The notes under the pieces: generated by a model
The model's input: the letters and a program-made list of their open reading frames with translations, nothing else
The model's database searches: none
Told to the model about the DNA's origin: nothing
NCBI GenBank assembly: GCA_037379345.1
Contig: CM074513.1
Location: 34,344,885-34,408,884, forward strand
Direction of reading: 5' to 3'
Origin: Perna viridis
Lineage: Eukaryota
Length of the DNA: 64,000 nt
In this document: positions 27,787 through 41,442 of the stretch, piece after piece
Layout of the letters: every line of letters begins with the position of its first letter
Numbering within the stretch: position 1 is the stretch's first letter
Made by a program: the position numbers and the translations under genes

Positions 27787-28724
27787 ATACCTCTACAACG
27801 ATGAAGCAATCTGCAACAACCAAAGGTCTTACAAACCAACCAGTAACTACGACAATGGCACTTGTAACTACAAATGCCAATTTAGAAACTACCACGGATC
27901 AAAAGATTCGATCAACTACTACGCAAATATCCCCGACAAATAAATATACCCAAACATCACAATTAACAACTGTAAATATATCACCAACAGCTGAAAGCAA
28001 AACAACCATATACAACACGATGAAATCAGCTTCCTCGCAAACATCTTCGACAACGAATGCCGGTACTAGTATGAATATAGACACAACACAACTTGCCGTA
28101 ACGGACAAAACTACAACAGCCTATGAAACGACGACGTCTGGTGACAAACAAACGGAATCAGACATGACAACACAATCAGTTTCTACTGACAAACTAATTT
28201 CGACATCAGCCGTCACTGGAACGGAAAAAAGTACCACCACAACACACCCAGGGACTACTGTCGACAAAATGACGACACCAATTGATAAAGAAACGACAAA
28301 AACTCTAACAACACAGTCATTTAATGAAAGTCAATCTATAACAACACAAACCGACATAGAAACAACGGGGGTGTTGACAACACAATCTATGACTTCAGAC
28401 CATCCGACGCCGACAGAAACTGACCAAGAAGTGACAAAAACTACGACACAACTACTTACTACAAATCGGCAAAAAACATCAACAATCGATAAGGAAACGA
28501 CAGAAACTACGGCACAGTCGATGGCTTCAAACCAACTAACAACTGGAGCAACCGTCGTAGAAACGACAGAAGTTTCAAAAACATCATTGACGACTTCAGA
28601 TCGGTCGACGACAGCCCTAACCGACACAAAAATGGCAAGATCTACAACAAAACAATTAGTATCAACAACCAACACAGAAATTATAACAACTGATACAGTA
28701 ACGACCAATAGTTCAATAACCTAG
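27787..28724 (+). CDS. Gene 1 Thr/Ser-rich mucin exon (to first stop)
   Basis: TAATAG acceptor in phase 1, in frame with the 307-aa Thr-rich ORF 27801..28724. Confidence 0.8.
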
Positions 28725-31700
28725 TTTGTGTAACAAGTGACACCAGGTATTGATTTTGGTTCAATTATTTAAATCTAGCTACTGTCAAAATTAATATGAA
28801 ATAAACTTGAATGGCATGTTTACAAGACGTCATAACGTTCGCCAGTCGATTTCCATGAAAGAATTTAAACCTTAAGATAGTTTGCTTTGGTAAATTCACT
28901 CCATGGTGGAATTGTATCAATATTATGCGTACAATCATAGATCTACATAATTACACGAGTCTATGGTACAAATGGCGTATATACCAACTTAAAAATAAAA
29001 CAAATATATCTTCTTCTTTTTTTTAGAATGGACAACATACCCATCTGGTCGAATGGAGATATATGAGCAAAACAAAGAACAGTATATCTAATGCTGATAA
29101 AATGCTCAATAGATTTTTTTATCTTCCTTGTCACTAATATTTCTGAGTTCTGACTGTATATCCGAATCTATTAATGCATCGACCATTTTTGGCCTGAAAA
29201 TGAGGGGGTTGGATTTGATGTCGGATAAGATTTTTTTTTTCGTGTAAGCGCAAAATTTTTATTTATATTTCTGCAGCAATTGAAATCAATTTATTTGTTT
29301 GAAAATCAAATAATCAAATAAAAATCTGCATTTTTAAGGTAAGGGGAAAGTTTTTTTTTTTGGTGGACGAGTGGATGAGTAAAAAATATTTTTTCAAAAT
29401 TTGGAATTTTTTTTCCGAAAAAATCACACCTCCCAGATCCTCGCTAATAATATATCGGTGTCTAATGCAATGCAGCTTTAGTTAACCCAGTTTTAAGCGG
29501 AATTAAACATGGTCACAACTGTAGTGAGCATCATTATTCACTTTGTGTTTTATATTGTTGTTGAACTTAATAAATGAATGTTACATCATAGATATTTTTG
29601 AGCGTAAAATAGAAGCATTTCGCGAAACTATACATAAAAACAATAACACAAACAAACAAGCAAATATGTCATATTTTATATTTAACGGTATTATACCGTT
29701 CGTGTATTTAATTGGACCGTGAGCATATTCATAATCAAAATGTATGAATACATGTACTCAAATGGTTTAAGTGTGAGCGCACGGTTCGATCGCATGGCGC
29801 TGCGCATAATTTGGATTTCGATTGGGTATGTGAACCATGTAAAATTACATTACAGTTAATATCAGATATAAAGTTTGTGAAATTATTAAATAGGACAAAT
29901 CTTTGAACAATAATACATTAGTAATTCTAATATGACGTGCTTCAAAGCTCAGGATAAAACAATGCGATATAAATGGCCAGCCGGTGGTAAAACAATAATA
30001 AAATGGAGTTTCCGTGATTTATTTCTGAATTTAATTTAGCAGACCTATATAGGTTGATAGATATTTACATAAGTAGCATAAATCGCCTATTTGCAAAAAA
30101 AAATATGCAGCGTTGTCATGGAAATCAGGGTCTAAAAGTAGGTCACAAGGTCATTTCTAATATTCTAAAATGCCTTATTTGCGTTAAATAATATTTGTGA
30201 CCACGAAAACCTGAAAAAAAGCAATTTTCAGATTAAAAAGAAATTGCAGTAAAACGGTTTAAATTCTTCGTTATGCCGCTAAATGTGTTTATTTTTCATA
30301 ACAATGACCACAAAGCACAAAATGCACTACAAACATATATATAATGATATAACATTACATATTTCATCAGCCATATTTGCTAAATCTTTAACCATAAAAT
30401 TATGTTTTCGACAAAACATGGTTATTTTTCACACATATACAGACCAATGCAATCCTTTATTCAAAGTTTGTATGGTATTCCCTTACAGCTTTCAAATAAA
30501 AAAACTTTAGAATTTACCATCAGGTACTTGATATTTTTTCTATTTTGAAATTCTTTATGAAATGATCAATTTTGGATTTAATTAATTTTCGAGAAAAAAC
30601 AAATCTCAAACTAGAATTTTTTCGGTGATTAACATATTCCAAAGCAAATCATTGAGTAAGCAAGCTTTATAATGGATACTGTATATTTGGGAAAGTCTTA
30701 AAATGCATATGAGAATGAAGAACTCATGTCAAAATCATATCATTAGTAAAAATTTTGTTTAGTATCCATTTGTTGACTCTAAAAAATTCCACTATATTTC
30801 TAAAAATGATACTTAAGCATCTCAAAATTAACTAGATTTTTAAATTATAATCTTTTAATTACCACACGCAGCTCAAACCCTTTTCTTGGGAAACAAATAT
30901 TTTCATTTATTTTCAAACCCCTTTCTGTGAACACAAGTATAAATGTGTCATATTTGAAAAGTATGATATCCACGAAATGAATTTGTCTTCGAACGTATAC
31001 TGAAACTCTGAATGATTCAATTAAAATTAAAAACAAAATGATATGTATAAGTAGGATAGACGTATGTTACACACATGAACTATGATGTAAATGAGTCATT
31101 ATCAGTTTCCCTCTTTATAGATCAACACTGGATTTAAAACCAACAAATCAAAAAACAACAATTCACAAATTTATTGTAAGTTCGTACCATCAAAATTCGA
31201 AAAATGATTTCAGAATGTTTCATTTCACACTAATTTAGCTACATAAGGAATTGATTCATAAATGATTTGTGGCCAAACCCTGAGTCTTCCGAGTTGCATA
31301 AAATTAATCTTCACTTTTGCACAAGGTTGATTCCATATAAGAATACTAAGTCATCCTTTTTAGAGACAAAACCTTGAAGCCAGTGTATAGGTTTTTGTTT
31401 TACCAAATGATAAAACATTTCTATAACTATTCGGAAATTGAATTATTAACCGAAAATGTATTATTGCATTTGAAAAAAAACTGTCATTCCATAAAGACGA
31501 AGTACTAGTAAACAATTATAGTCTTCCGACTACTGATATGCATATTAAACTTTAGTCTGGAAGAGGCAATTAAGCTTCTAATATGAAAACGAAAAAGTGC
31601 TAAAATGGATAATTTTCATGGTTTATATTTGATTTTTTCCAATTATTTAAATGGTATTCATCTTAAAGAAACAATTTGACAAAAGTAAATTGCCTTTTCA

Positions 31701-31799
31701 AGAAATTCCAAAAGGGCTGAAAGGTAAGAATATCGTGATATCTAAATACATTGTTATTGTATGTAATTGATAATACCACAAATAGAAGTTCAGTAGATA

Positions 31800-31996
31800 A
31801 AGAGTAATCAAGGGAACCAAGGTTATAGCGGCAATCAAAAGAATGTAATCCAGGGACAAAGACCAGACATGGAAAACAGACATACACAACAAAGAACATA
31901 AAGTAACTGAAATCATACATACAAAATAACAAAAGCAAATGAGCAACTCGGACTCCACTAAAACTGGGAGCATAGACCAGGTGCACCGGTAGGGTA
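31800..31996 (-). mobile_element. Penelope-like element 3'-terminal fragment
   Basis: Near-identical to 22761-22960. Confidence 0.75.
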
Positions 31997-32386
31997 AAAA
32001 AGTTGAAGCCCAGTAGTGGTACTGCAATTGTGAATTAGCAGAGAGTGTTTAAAACAAAAACCAAAAACAAGAATAAACTGTTGTCAAGACTAGCAAATAA
32101 GATTGAGCAATACTAATTTGTTGAATAACTTGGTATTGCAGTTTATCAGGGATTATTCAGCACAAACCAAAATAAATGCTTTAAACATGCATGTGGAATT
32201 ATATTTAATTGAGAATATTTCCTAGACTATTTATCAGTTCAGTTTCAAATGCTTAAGATTAATTAAGATTAAAGTGTCCTAACAAACGGCAACTTGTTTT
32301 TATGGATTTTATTCTCAATTAAAGTCTTCTTGGATATGCAACAATTCAATGAAATAGGTAGTAAAGGACAAAATTTCAACTGTCTC

Positions 32387-32797
32387 CGCCCCGTGCAGGT
32401 CCGGGTGTCAAAAGAATAGGCCTGCAGCAGCGCTAAGCTTGCGTAAAGGGCGACTAAATAGGCTATAATACGGAAAACCTGACCGCAAACCATAGTGATG
32501 CACTGTGTTGGGAAAGATGCCACGTTCATCGCACGGTAAAGAACCCTACTGTGGTATTCTCCCGGAGTAGGAACTATAGGGCTCCGCCACAGGAGGCTAA
32601 ATTGCCCGACCCTACCCATCTCTCCCTATTTCCAGTGGTAATCAAAATTTGTCGACCCCATTATCCTTGTGTCCCATTCCTTTTTTCATTAATCATCATT
32701 TCATGTTCAATTTATCATCCACTTCATGTTCATCGCCTGAATATAGCTGAAATATTGCTGCTGCTCGGGCGTTAAACCCCAACAAACAAACAAACAA
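32387..32797 (+). mobile_element. SINE-like retroposon, full 5' end, internal deletion
   Basis: Matches 50709-51231 minus ~110 bp; (CAAA)n tail; TSD CAACTGTCTC (32377) / CGACTGTCTC (32798). Confidence 0.85.
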
Positions 32798-33270
32798 CGA
32801 CTGTCTCGTGTTTGTTTGTATTCATAACCATAAATCAATTTAAAATGTCTTGCTACAATCAACACTATTTATATTTCAGGTAATAAAATTGCCATGACTG
32901 ACTCACTTTGTCTACAGAAACAGAACTTCACTTAACAAAATTGAAAAATATAAATCCGAAATGTCCCGTTTTTTCATTATCAGGTCCCCATTTCAAGTGA
33001 AAAATTAGTTTTAGTTCACTTTTTATTGTAATTTTATAATATAACATTTATTTATCCTCAAATTATGTTGTCCTTTTTTATTTTGCATTTACAGAATAGT
33101 TATGAAAATTTGTAACGCCTTTACTGTTATTATGTGAAAAATAGAAGGACACATTGTCAAGTCTTCAATCCTTTAAATATGTAGTATAACCTTGCTTGTG
33201 TGAAGTTCTGTTAGGAGTATCTATCGGATTTGAACGGAAGTAACCATTGTGGAATATCATTGGATGTGAA

Positions 33271-34860
33271 AGAGTTAATCAAGGAAACCAAGATTCTAGC
33301 GGTAATCAAAAGAATGTAATCCAGGAACATAGACAAGACATGGAAAACAGAAACAAAGAACATAAAATAGCCATAAGAATACATACAAAGTAACAGAAGT
33401 TAATCCACTAAAAATTGGAAGCATGGACGAGGTGCACCGGTAGGGTAAGCGACTTCAGCTTTTCTAGAAACACCCGCCGTGTTGCTCATAAAAGGTCAAG
33501 TCCAGGGTAGACGAAAGAGGAAAGGAAAAATATGACACGTTGAACGAATCCTTTTTCATAGTGCAGATGGATATTCCGTAACGATCGACGAGTTCATCAT
33601 GATGACGACCATAAAACTTCTGTAATGATGACTTCAATTTTGTAGCAACATAACCCTGTTCCAGAAGTCTTATTGTAAGAAGTCTAGCTCGATACAAAAA
33701 GTCTCGCATAACGTATGAGTTATGATATGGAAACTCCATACGCAGGTGCTGAAGGGATATTACCATAGTTTGAAAGAAATTGGTGAATCAGCGGTCACAT
33801 TAGCACAAAGAACAATTTACAAAAAACAAAAACAAAAGTGTATTGAGTTGAAAAGTCAAAAGTTTTAAGAGAAGTAATTTCCGAAAAATTGATGGGTTTT
33901 AGGTTTTGAAGTAAATCTTTAGAATTTTAAAGTATCCACTTATAATTAATGCCACTACTGGTGTTCCTTCTTTGGATCAGATCAGATCAGCCTGAAAAGA
34001 GTGAAGTAATAGGTAAGCAAGTAGAGGAGCATAATTTGTTCCTATTGGAATGTCAAAAGTTTGTTGAAAAACTCGTCCACCACACTGGACAAATATGCTG
34101 TCGATCAAAAAATTCCAGCATTTTGAAAAAAATCTTTTTCGGTGTATTTAGAAGATGATTTTGTATTGTTTTTTTTTTTTTCTACAAAGTATGAGAAATC
34201 TCTACCAAGAACTACATATTTGTATCTAGGTTTACCGTCGTTGATGTACAATGTTTTTGAGTCGTGATTTTAACTGATTATTGAGAGTAGAAGAGTTGAG
34301 AAATCATAGGTTTTAGTGCTATTGCATTCTGATAACAATCTTGAATTGAGCATTTCCAGAAGGTCTTTCGAATTTTTCCACATGGAATTAACACCACTAC
34401 GAGAGTAACAAGTGTCGTGGTAGGACTGGAGACTCTCTTTGGCAGCAGTGAGTATAGAAGTTATAAGTTTTGAAAGAAATTTGGTGGTACATTTTGCATA
34501 TGTAGCGTTGTTTGTATGGATGCTTGTGGAGTTAGTGAATCCGTGCATAGACAGTAGATCACAATCGTCGTCTTTGGTAGAAAGACCAAAAGAGGATAAC
34601 ATAGATTTATGGTTTTCCACTACCGGTATCTCTTCTTTGGAGAATGCGGTGGCAGTTTATGTGTTAATACTGCTATTACTTTCTAGGGCTACCTCTGATA
34701 ATGAACGTTGAATGTAATACGTTTTGAAGACAAAAGCAATGTTTTTGGGTTTTTTTCTGTTGGTACGACAACATATCTGTCATGTATAGTATTCTATGTT
34801 TTTGTTACACCATGGGCATTGAAAACTGTTGTAGCATTGACTCATTGACCTACCTAAAAT
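33271..34860 (-). mobile_element. Fragmented Penelope-like retroelement (RT N-terminal and central region plus 3' region)
   Basis: ORF 34270..34620 has AKCTTKFLSKLITSILTA...SRSGVNSMWKNSKDLLE...TYDFSTL; 33271-33760 matches the 3' region of the other copies. Confidence 0.7.
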
Positions 34861-35269
34861 TGTCATACATTTCAAAATTAGAGACCTCACAGCCTATACC
34901 CACTCTGACAGAGAATCAATGGTTTCTTATTCTCGTTTTATCCATTTTCTTGGTAGTCTTCTACAGAATTCATATGAACTTTAAAGTTATAATTCCAATT
35001 TATGATTCTAAATTGACTTAAAGTAGTTTGAATTACACACTTAATTTTTTTATAAAAAAAAATACGCATAATTTTGAGTGTGTAATTCCGATTTTCCGAT
35101 ATTTGAATGCTTTATTTTCTTTTTCGAGTGCGTTCTTTCATTTGTACAATTTAGCAATTTCTGGTGCATGTTTGAAATCCTGGTGCGGAATACAAATTTT
35201 GAGTGTGTAATTTTACATCACATTTTAATCCAATAAAATGAAAAATAATGTGCCATATAAATATTGTAC

Positions 35270-36070
35270 GCCGTGAAAGATAGACAGCAAGCAAGTTGCA
35301 ATACCACCTACTCTCGTAGCGGTATTAATCATATGTTGACACTTAAAAGATCTAAAGATTTACTTGAAGACCTAAAATCCCATAGTTTTTTTTCGGAAAT
35401 TAATTCGAGAAATCATGTTAATCCATATATTTTTCTAAAACATCTTAGAAGAGTTAAGTGTGCTACACAGAAAAAACAGGTTTGCTTTCTTGTTTTCCTC
35501 ATTGATATGTCACATTTAGAGGTGCAATTTTTTTCAGCAACAAGTAGGCATTCCAATGGGCACTAATTGTGCTCCTCTACTAACCGACTTGTTTTTGTAT
35601 CAATACGAGACTGAATTTCTTCAGATTCTCGTAAGAAATAAAAATATCAAAGATGCCAAATCCTATAATTTCACATACAGATATTTTGATGATGTATTGT
35701 TCATTAACAACTTTTCTTTTAGTAAATGGTAACCTTCCATATATCCACCAGAGCTCGAGATAAAAGAAACTACAGAAGCAGCTTGTTTAGCATATTTTTG
35801 GAGCAACAACTCAAATTCGACAACAGTGGTCATTCGATTTTAGTTTTTAAAGTATATGTTTGCATTACCTGTGCAGCAATATACCTTTATCTTATGCATA
35901 TGGTGATTATATTTCAGAATTGATTCGCTACGCTAGAACAAGTACTTACTGAACTGTAGAACGCCATAACTATCTGCGTAATAGACTCCCGAATCAGGGA
36001 TATGAGGAAATGCGTCTCAAAAAGTCTCTTACCAGATTCTTTTTTCAGATATCAGTCCTTGGTGGAAGTA
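35270..36070 (+). mobile_element. Diverged Penelope-like RT fragment (related subfamily)
   Basis: YSRSGINHMLTLKRSKDLLE, GIPMGTNCAPLLTDLFL, YRYFDDVL and YPPELEIKETT across frameshifts. Confidence 0.7.
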
Positions 36071-36710
36071 CTCCCGGTTTCTTCTAAAACAATGAGTAAA
36101 AATTACTTTTGTAAATTCTTTTTTGCTGATGTGACCACTGATTTACCAATTATGACATTAAAGCATCCATGCAAATGCTATTTAATTACCACCGGAATAT
36201 TCACGCCGCGATGGAAGAGGTAGGTCAAGTGCGCTGTAAAACCGAGATTTAACCCACCATTTCGTTTGAAATGCCTGTACTAAGTCAGGACCATTGTTGC
36301 ACCAGCTAATCTGGTGGTGTAATATCTATTTTGTCAGACTCGACTTGATTATGGATCGAATTAGTGTTCGGTAATTTTGTTGTTACAATTATTTGATATT
36401 TTTGCATTTAAAAGTTTCGATTTAATTCAAACCTGACTAAACACTGAAAGACCAATCGGACTTCCGAATGCTCTTTTCTGTCTCTGTTTGTTTTAGCAAT
36501 CTTGATAATATAACTAATTTTTGGGGAATTTAAAATAATATTGATCTAACGTATACCATCAGGAAAACAAACAAAGATTATTTTCCGGAAGCAGTACTCT
36601 TCTCTAAAACATTTTTATTATTTACTTTCATTATAGCGATGACATTTGTTGTTTATATGGATTCAACCTGGGTAAATAGCAACAGACAGCCTGGAAAAAT
36701 AGATCCTGAC

Positions 36711-36738
36711 ATGACACCCAGCAGAAAGATCGTTTTTG
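36711..36738 (+). CDS. Gene 2 (secreted LamG-like/mucin/PAN protein, ~511 aa): first coding part, signal peptide start MTPSRKIVF
   Basis: Exon 36637-36738 (TTATAG acceptor, G|GTATGT donor). Spliced to 37790 it gives MTPSRKIVFVILMCCGDHVSS, a plausible signal peptide. An upstream in-frame ATG at 36639 is also possible. Confidence 0.55.
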
Positions 36739-37789
36739 GTATGTATGAATTCACCTATAATGCTATTTCTGGGAAACCAGGCAGATTATATGATATGGAC
36801 GTCTGTAAGGCGCGGAATTAGTAAAAATCAAAACTATCATTATTTAAGGAGTTCCTCAATTATTTCACGACCTCCTTAAAAATATTATGGAGGAGCGATA
36901 TACGTGGAATGTAAGACCAGAACTATGAATAGCTAAAAAATAATCTGACGGAAGTGGCGAAATTTGTCGACACGGAAGTAAACGATAGCGCAAGTGCGGA
37001 GACGTATTTGCGTGTCAGTAAGTCTTATGAGTGCTTTGTGAAACGGCCACCTGAGTAATAAGATGTTGGTTATGTTCTCAAATGGTAATCAGTTACTTTT
37101 CATCAGAAGTGTTGGATAATTTTTATTATAAAGTCAGTTTACTCGATGTAAAACTAACATGGCCATACTTTTGACATGTGTCAAACCATTGTATTTTTAT
37201 CGGTATATTGAAAAATGTAATACTAATAATTGATAACTTTCTATTTTTGTATAGTATTCGTACACTCAGCAAGAGCTTATGTAAAGCACATTTTCATCAA
37301 ATTCAACACATTCAACATTTTCAACATTCAACATTCAACTGTCAACAATATCAACATCAACAAATTTGCGATATAAGTAGATACTTGATGACAATTAGGC
37401 ATTGAAGGAAAAACCAACAGTTGCTAACGTTGATTCAACAACAACAACACTGCCACTAGATTGGTAAATGCACGTCTGTTCTTTTGCCATGACGATGTTA
37501 TTGCAACCGTTAACAAGTTTATTAATTTTATTGGGTTACCAGATGTCACAATTTCCACCAAGAACAACTTGCATTTTTGTAGATCTATCAGTACCAAAAA
37601 CCTAAAAAAAACAAAATAAATTCTTAAACACAATTATTAGCGCGCGAATCATTGGCTTATATAGGCAGAGTTTCACAAGTCCAGGATAGAACCAGTGTAT
37701 TGTAAAATGCAGCATGGCATGGAGAGTCAAAAAGTTCAGGAGATAAATTTGAAATTAATTCATATACTATTAATGTTTACTATTTACAG

Positions 37790-37928
37790 TCATTTTGATG
37801 TGTTGTGGAGATCATGTATCATCCTCCAGGAAAAATGCTTGGGCTGCTTCTAAAGGTGAACCAGATCCAATGAAGATATGGGGGTTTTCATCTCATAACC
37901 ATGACAACATCTATAATCCTACAAAAAC
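37790..37928 (+). CDS. Gene 2 exon 2
   Basis: TTTACAG acceptor, AC|GTGAGC donor; open frame, phase 1 to 2. Confidence 0.7.
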
Positions 37929-38142
37929 GTGAGCATTCTTCAGGTTTATTACTACAATTTGCTTTTTGCTCTTTTTTTTGGTGTCACTTTCTATCTTAAA
38001 CGGTGAAGACGACAGGCTAAACCCTTCCTTGATCCCAATTCTCCATAAAGAAAACAATAAAAACAATTAAAAGTATATTTGTGTCACGAGTCGCATGAAA
38101 AAATACATTGTACTAAAATATACAAGATCGTACTTTTAACAG

Positions 38143-38747
38143 GTATGCAGAATTGCATGACGTAGAACTTGTGACCGACAATGATGCATTTGGGCATCTT
38201 TCATTTCCTGGTTCAAATGACAGCTACATACACATCAACAACTCGGACTTAGCTTTTAGCGCGGAAGGACAAGCCTTGTCTTGGATGATGTATGTGGAGC
38301 CAGCGAACGACAAGGAAAGGTCTACCTTAGTGAGATATGAGACAGAAAATGGTAGAGTACAGTTACACTGGGAGTTATTACCAGATAAGACGATGCAATG
38401 TTCTATGACTGCTAACGATCAAACTGTTTTCACCGTTAAAAGTTTGATGCAAATTATCGGTAAGAAATTTGTTGGAATCAATTTCAATTTTATGTGGCTA
38501 GATCATTTCGACTTTTTTCATGTTTACACAGACGAGAATGGTGCACAGAAGAGAGAAGATGAACGTCTTCTTGAGATAAGTTCACAGATAATACTAGAAC
38601 TTCAAGATGCTGAACATATTTTCATAGGAAGTGGTTTTAATGGCAACATTTCTTGTATCCAGTTTTACAACATGTCTGTCATCAATAGCCCACAGAAGAA
38701 TGCTCCTTTGTTGTGCAATCCCGTCTATGCATACTCCAGTACTTACG
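38143..38747 (+). CDS. Gene 2 exon 3, Laminin G/concanavalin A-like domain
   Basis: TTTTAACAG acceptor, G|GTATGT donor; LSFPGSNDSYIHI...LSWMMYVEP...IFIGSGFNGNISCIQFYN is a LamG-3/pentraxin-like pattern. Confidence 0.8.
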
Positions 38748-39236
38748 GTATGTGTCATTTCGAATATTTATGTTTTTAGTGTATGGTCGTGAATAGTAAA
38801 ATACAAAAAAATGTTAAAATGGCATTTTAGTCGAGTTTTTGACAACTTCATGGATAAAACTCATTGAATTCAAGCCCCTGTGCACAAATCATGAATTACG
38901 TAGTCCTACATCTTATGATGTAAAAAAATGGAAAATGATTCTCAACAAAAGTTCACAATGTACTCAGGCCCTTTTGGGTAATTGTTAAAAAGAGTGAATT
39001 GAAAAAGAAAAGCCCCTAATAACGTTTGAAGTTATAAATAAAGTGTTTTGTCAACTTTCAATAACTGCAAAAATAACGTTCGCTGTACATGAATCGGAAT
39101 TAATATACGAAATATATTACAAAAACTTTTAAGAAGTGTCAATATACAGGTGGAATTTGTTCCTTGGATAAATAATACTGATATTTGATTTTTAAGAAGT
39201 GTTTTTTTTTGTTTTTGCTTTTTAATATTTTTTAAG

Positions 39237-39746
39237 GCGACCATACTGTAACTTTTACACCTGACATATTCGCTGTATCCAATAACCAGCCAAGATCACC
39301 AAATACGTCTGAAATTCAAAACACAACAGTGCAATGTGGCACAACCGACGAAACTTCTCTGTCAGCTGTCGACGTCACACTGCTTCAAGAGTCAACTGAT
39401 GGCATGTTTATAAATGACACAACACAGCAAACTGAAGCAACAACCGATGTCACAGGTTTCGATTTCACCCTGCAGCATGGGACAACCAACAGTATTTCAA
39501 CGAATGTCGATTCAACACTTCAACATGACACAACTGACGACTGGTCAACGGACGTTAGTTTAACCTTGCAAAAGAAATCTACATCTGGTAGTTCAACAGC
39601 TTTTCAAGAGACACACAATTTTGCTGCTACAAGTAACGCACCCGCTACTACTGGCACGACACCCGACTATGGAATCACATTGGTTCCTACAGATATGCAT
39701 GATTCCATGACGAAGACGGGCTTTCTCAATCAATACCAAATGACAG
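39237..39746 (+). CDS. Gene 2 exon 4, Thr/Ser/Asp-rich stalk
   Basis: TTTTAAG acceptor, G|GTATAT donor; phase 1 to 1; contains most of ORF 39329..39790. Confidence 0.75.
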
Positions 39747-41038
39747 GTATATGCGATACTTTTCGGAGTTTCTTTAAGTTCTTTGTGTAATTTGCGTATG
39801 GTAATTTAATCCCATAATTAGTTTGCACGACAAAAAATGCTTCGTAGGGCGCAGCTTGATAAAATTGAGATAAGTATCGTTCAATCTAGCTCGATACAAC
39901 CTTGAATTTTGATTGCGATTAAATATTTAAATAACACTATAACAATGAAGTTGAAAACGATAGCACTTTCCGTATATCCGTTACACCCTTCATCGTTTGT
40001 TATAAAGCTAAGACAATTTAATTTCATCATCTTAGTGGGTATAAACCACTAAAATCTCCAAAAATCTTTCGTAACACTGTGTTAACCAATCCAACGTACG
40101 GTATGGGTGATGCTGACGACCAGCTTACTGTTCCTATACTTGGTGTAATTGCCGTTTTCGTGCTAAGAATGTGCACTCAATTCTTTTCATATGATCATGA
40201 CCGACTAAAGGATTTCTTTGAAGCAATATTCGCAAGAGTGGTTATTTTAATGGCGAAGTTTTGTTGTTTCAATACCTTAGTCGACAGTGTTTTCATGAAA
40301 CTTTTAAAAGTATGTGAAACCTTATATAATAATTACAGTAGCAATTTAAAATATGGATGAAATCTATGTACCCCACAGTACCCTCACTCAATGTTGTAAA
40401 GCAATATTTAGAAGGGAGCTTATGCAAGTAAAAGAGGTATGAAAAGGTGACTTCTATATTTTTTTTTTATAATTGCGTTTCAATATCTTAGTTAACTAGT
40501 TAAACTAGTTAAACATGATTTCAATGCGAGTGATTTACCTTTAGGAGTAATTGACACGTTTTCAATGTTATACATCTGTGTACTTTTTACAACACATTAG
40601 TCAACATTTTTTTTCTATTAAATGATAAGTTGGGACCCCGAAATACCCCTGTCCATCTCAATTGGAAGAAGTTAAAACAATTCTGCTGTAATAGGGGTTA
40701 TTTAAGTTTACAACAATATCTTTTCAGAAAGTTGATATTTGTATTTAATACATATTTTATATATATTTTAGTTTTATATCTTCTAATATTTCGTGTGATG
40801 TACGTTTTAAAGATAGATACTAGATCTGACAAATATAAATCTAACTAGGCCTTTGGACACCAGCTTATTAGAATATTCCAATTTTACCCGTTCATCATTT
40901 CTTTCAATCACATTGATGGTCATGTGTGTTTCATTTCCTTGTTAAAAAACACTATAACATTTAAGTTGAAAACGATAGCACTTTCCGTATATCCGTTACA
41001 TCCTTCATTTCGTGCGTTATAAAGCTAGTACATCGTTG

Positions 41039-41442
41039 TATGGCAAGCCAAAGTGGACAAAAATGAGCATTTTCTAATATTAAAACTCTTTTTAATATTA
41101 CAAATTCATTTTCTAATATTACAAATTAGATTTCTTATATCGCAAAATACTTTTTTGATATTAAAAAATCATTTTTATTTATATTAAAAATTCAACTGAA
41201 TTTCTAATATGAAAAAACTATTTTTTTAATATTAGAAATTGCTTTTCTAATATTAGAAAATGGATTTGTCGTATTCAGTTACGATTTTTTAATATTAGAA
41301 AATCATTTTGTAATATTAAAAAATGTGACTGATTTTGCAATATTGCAAAGTGATTTTTAATATTACAAATTCATTTATATATATTACAAATTCATTTTCT
41401 AATAATGCAAAATATTGATTTTGTCCACTTTGGCTTGCCACA
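41039..41442. mobile_element. MITE with ~24-bp TIRs and AT-rich internal repeats
   Basis: TGGCAAGCCAAAGTGGACAAAA (41041) / TTTTGTCCACTTTGGCTTGCCA (41419-41440); possible 8-bp TSD CATCGTTG / CATTGTTG. Confidence 0.75.

Noticed and set aside
27899-28708. Val-rich minus-strand ORFs
   Set aside because: Antisense shadows of the Thr-rich mucin exon.
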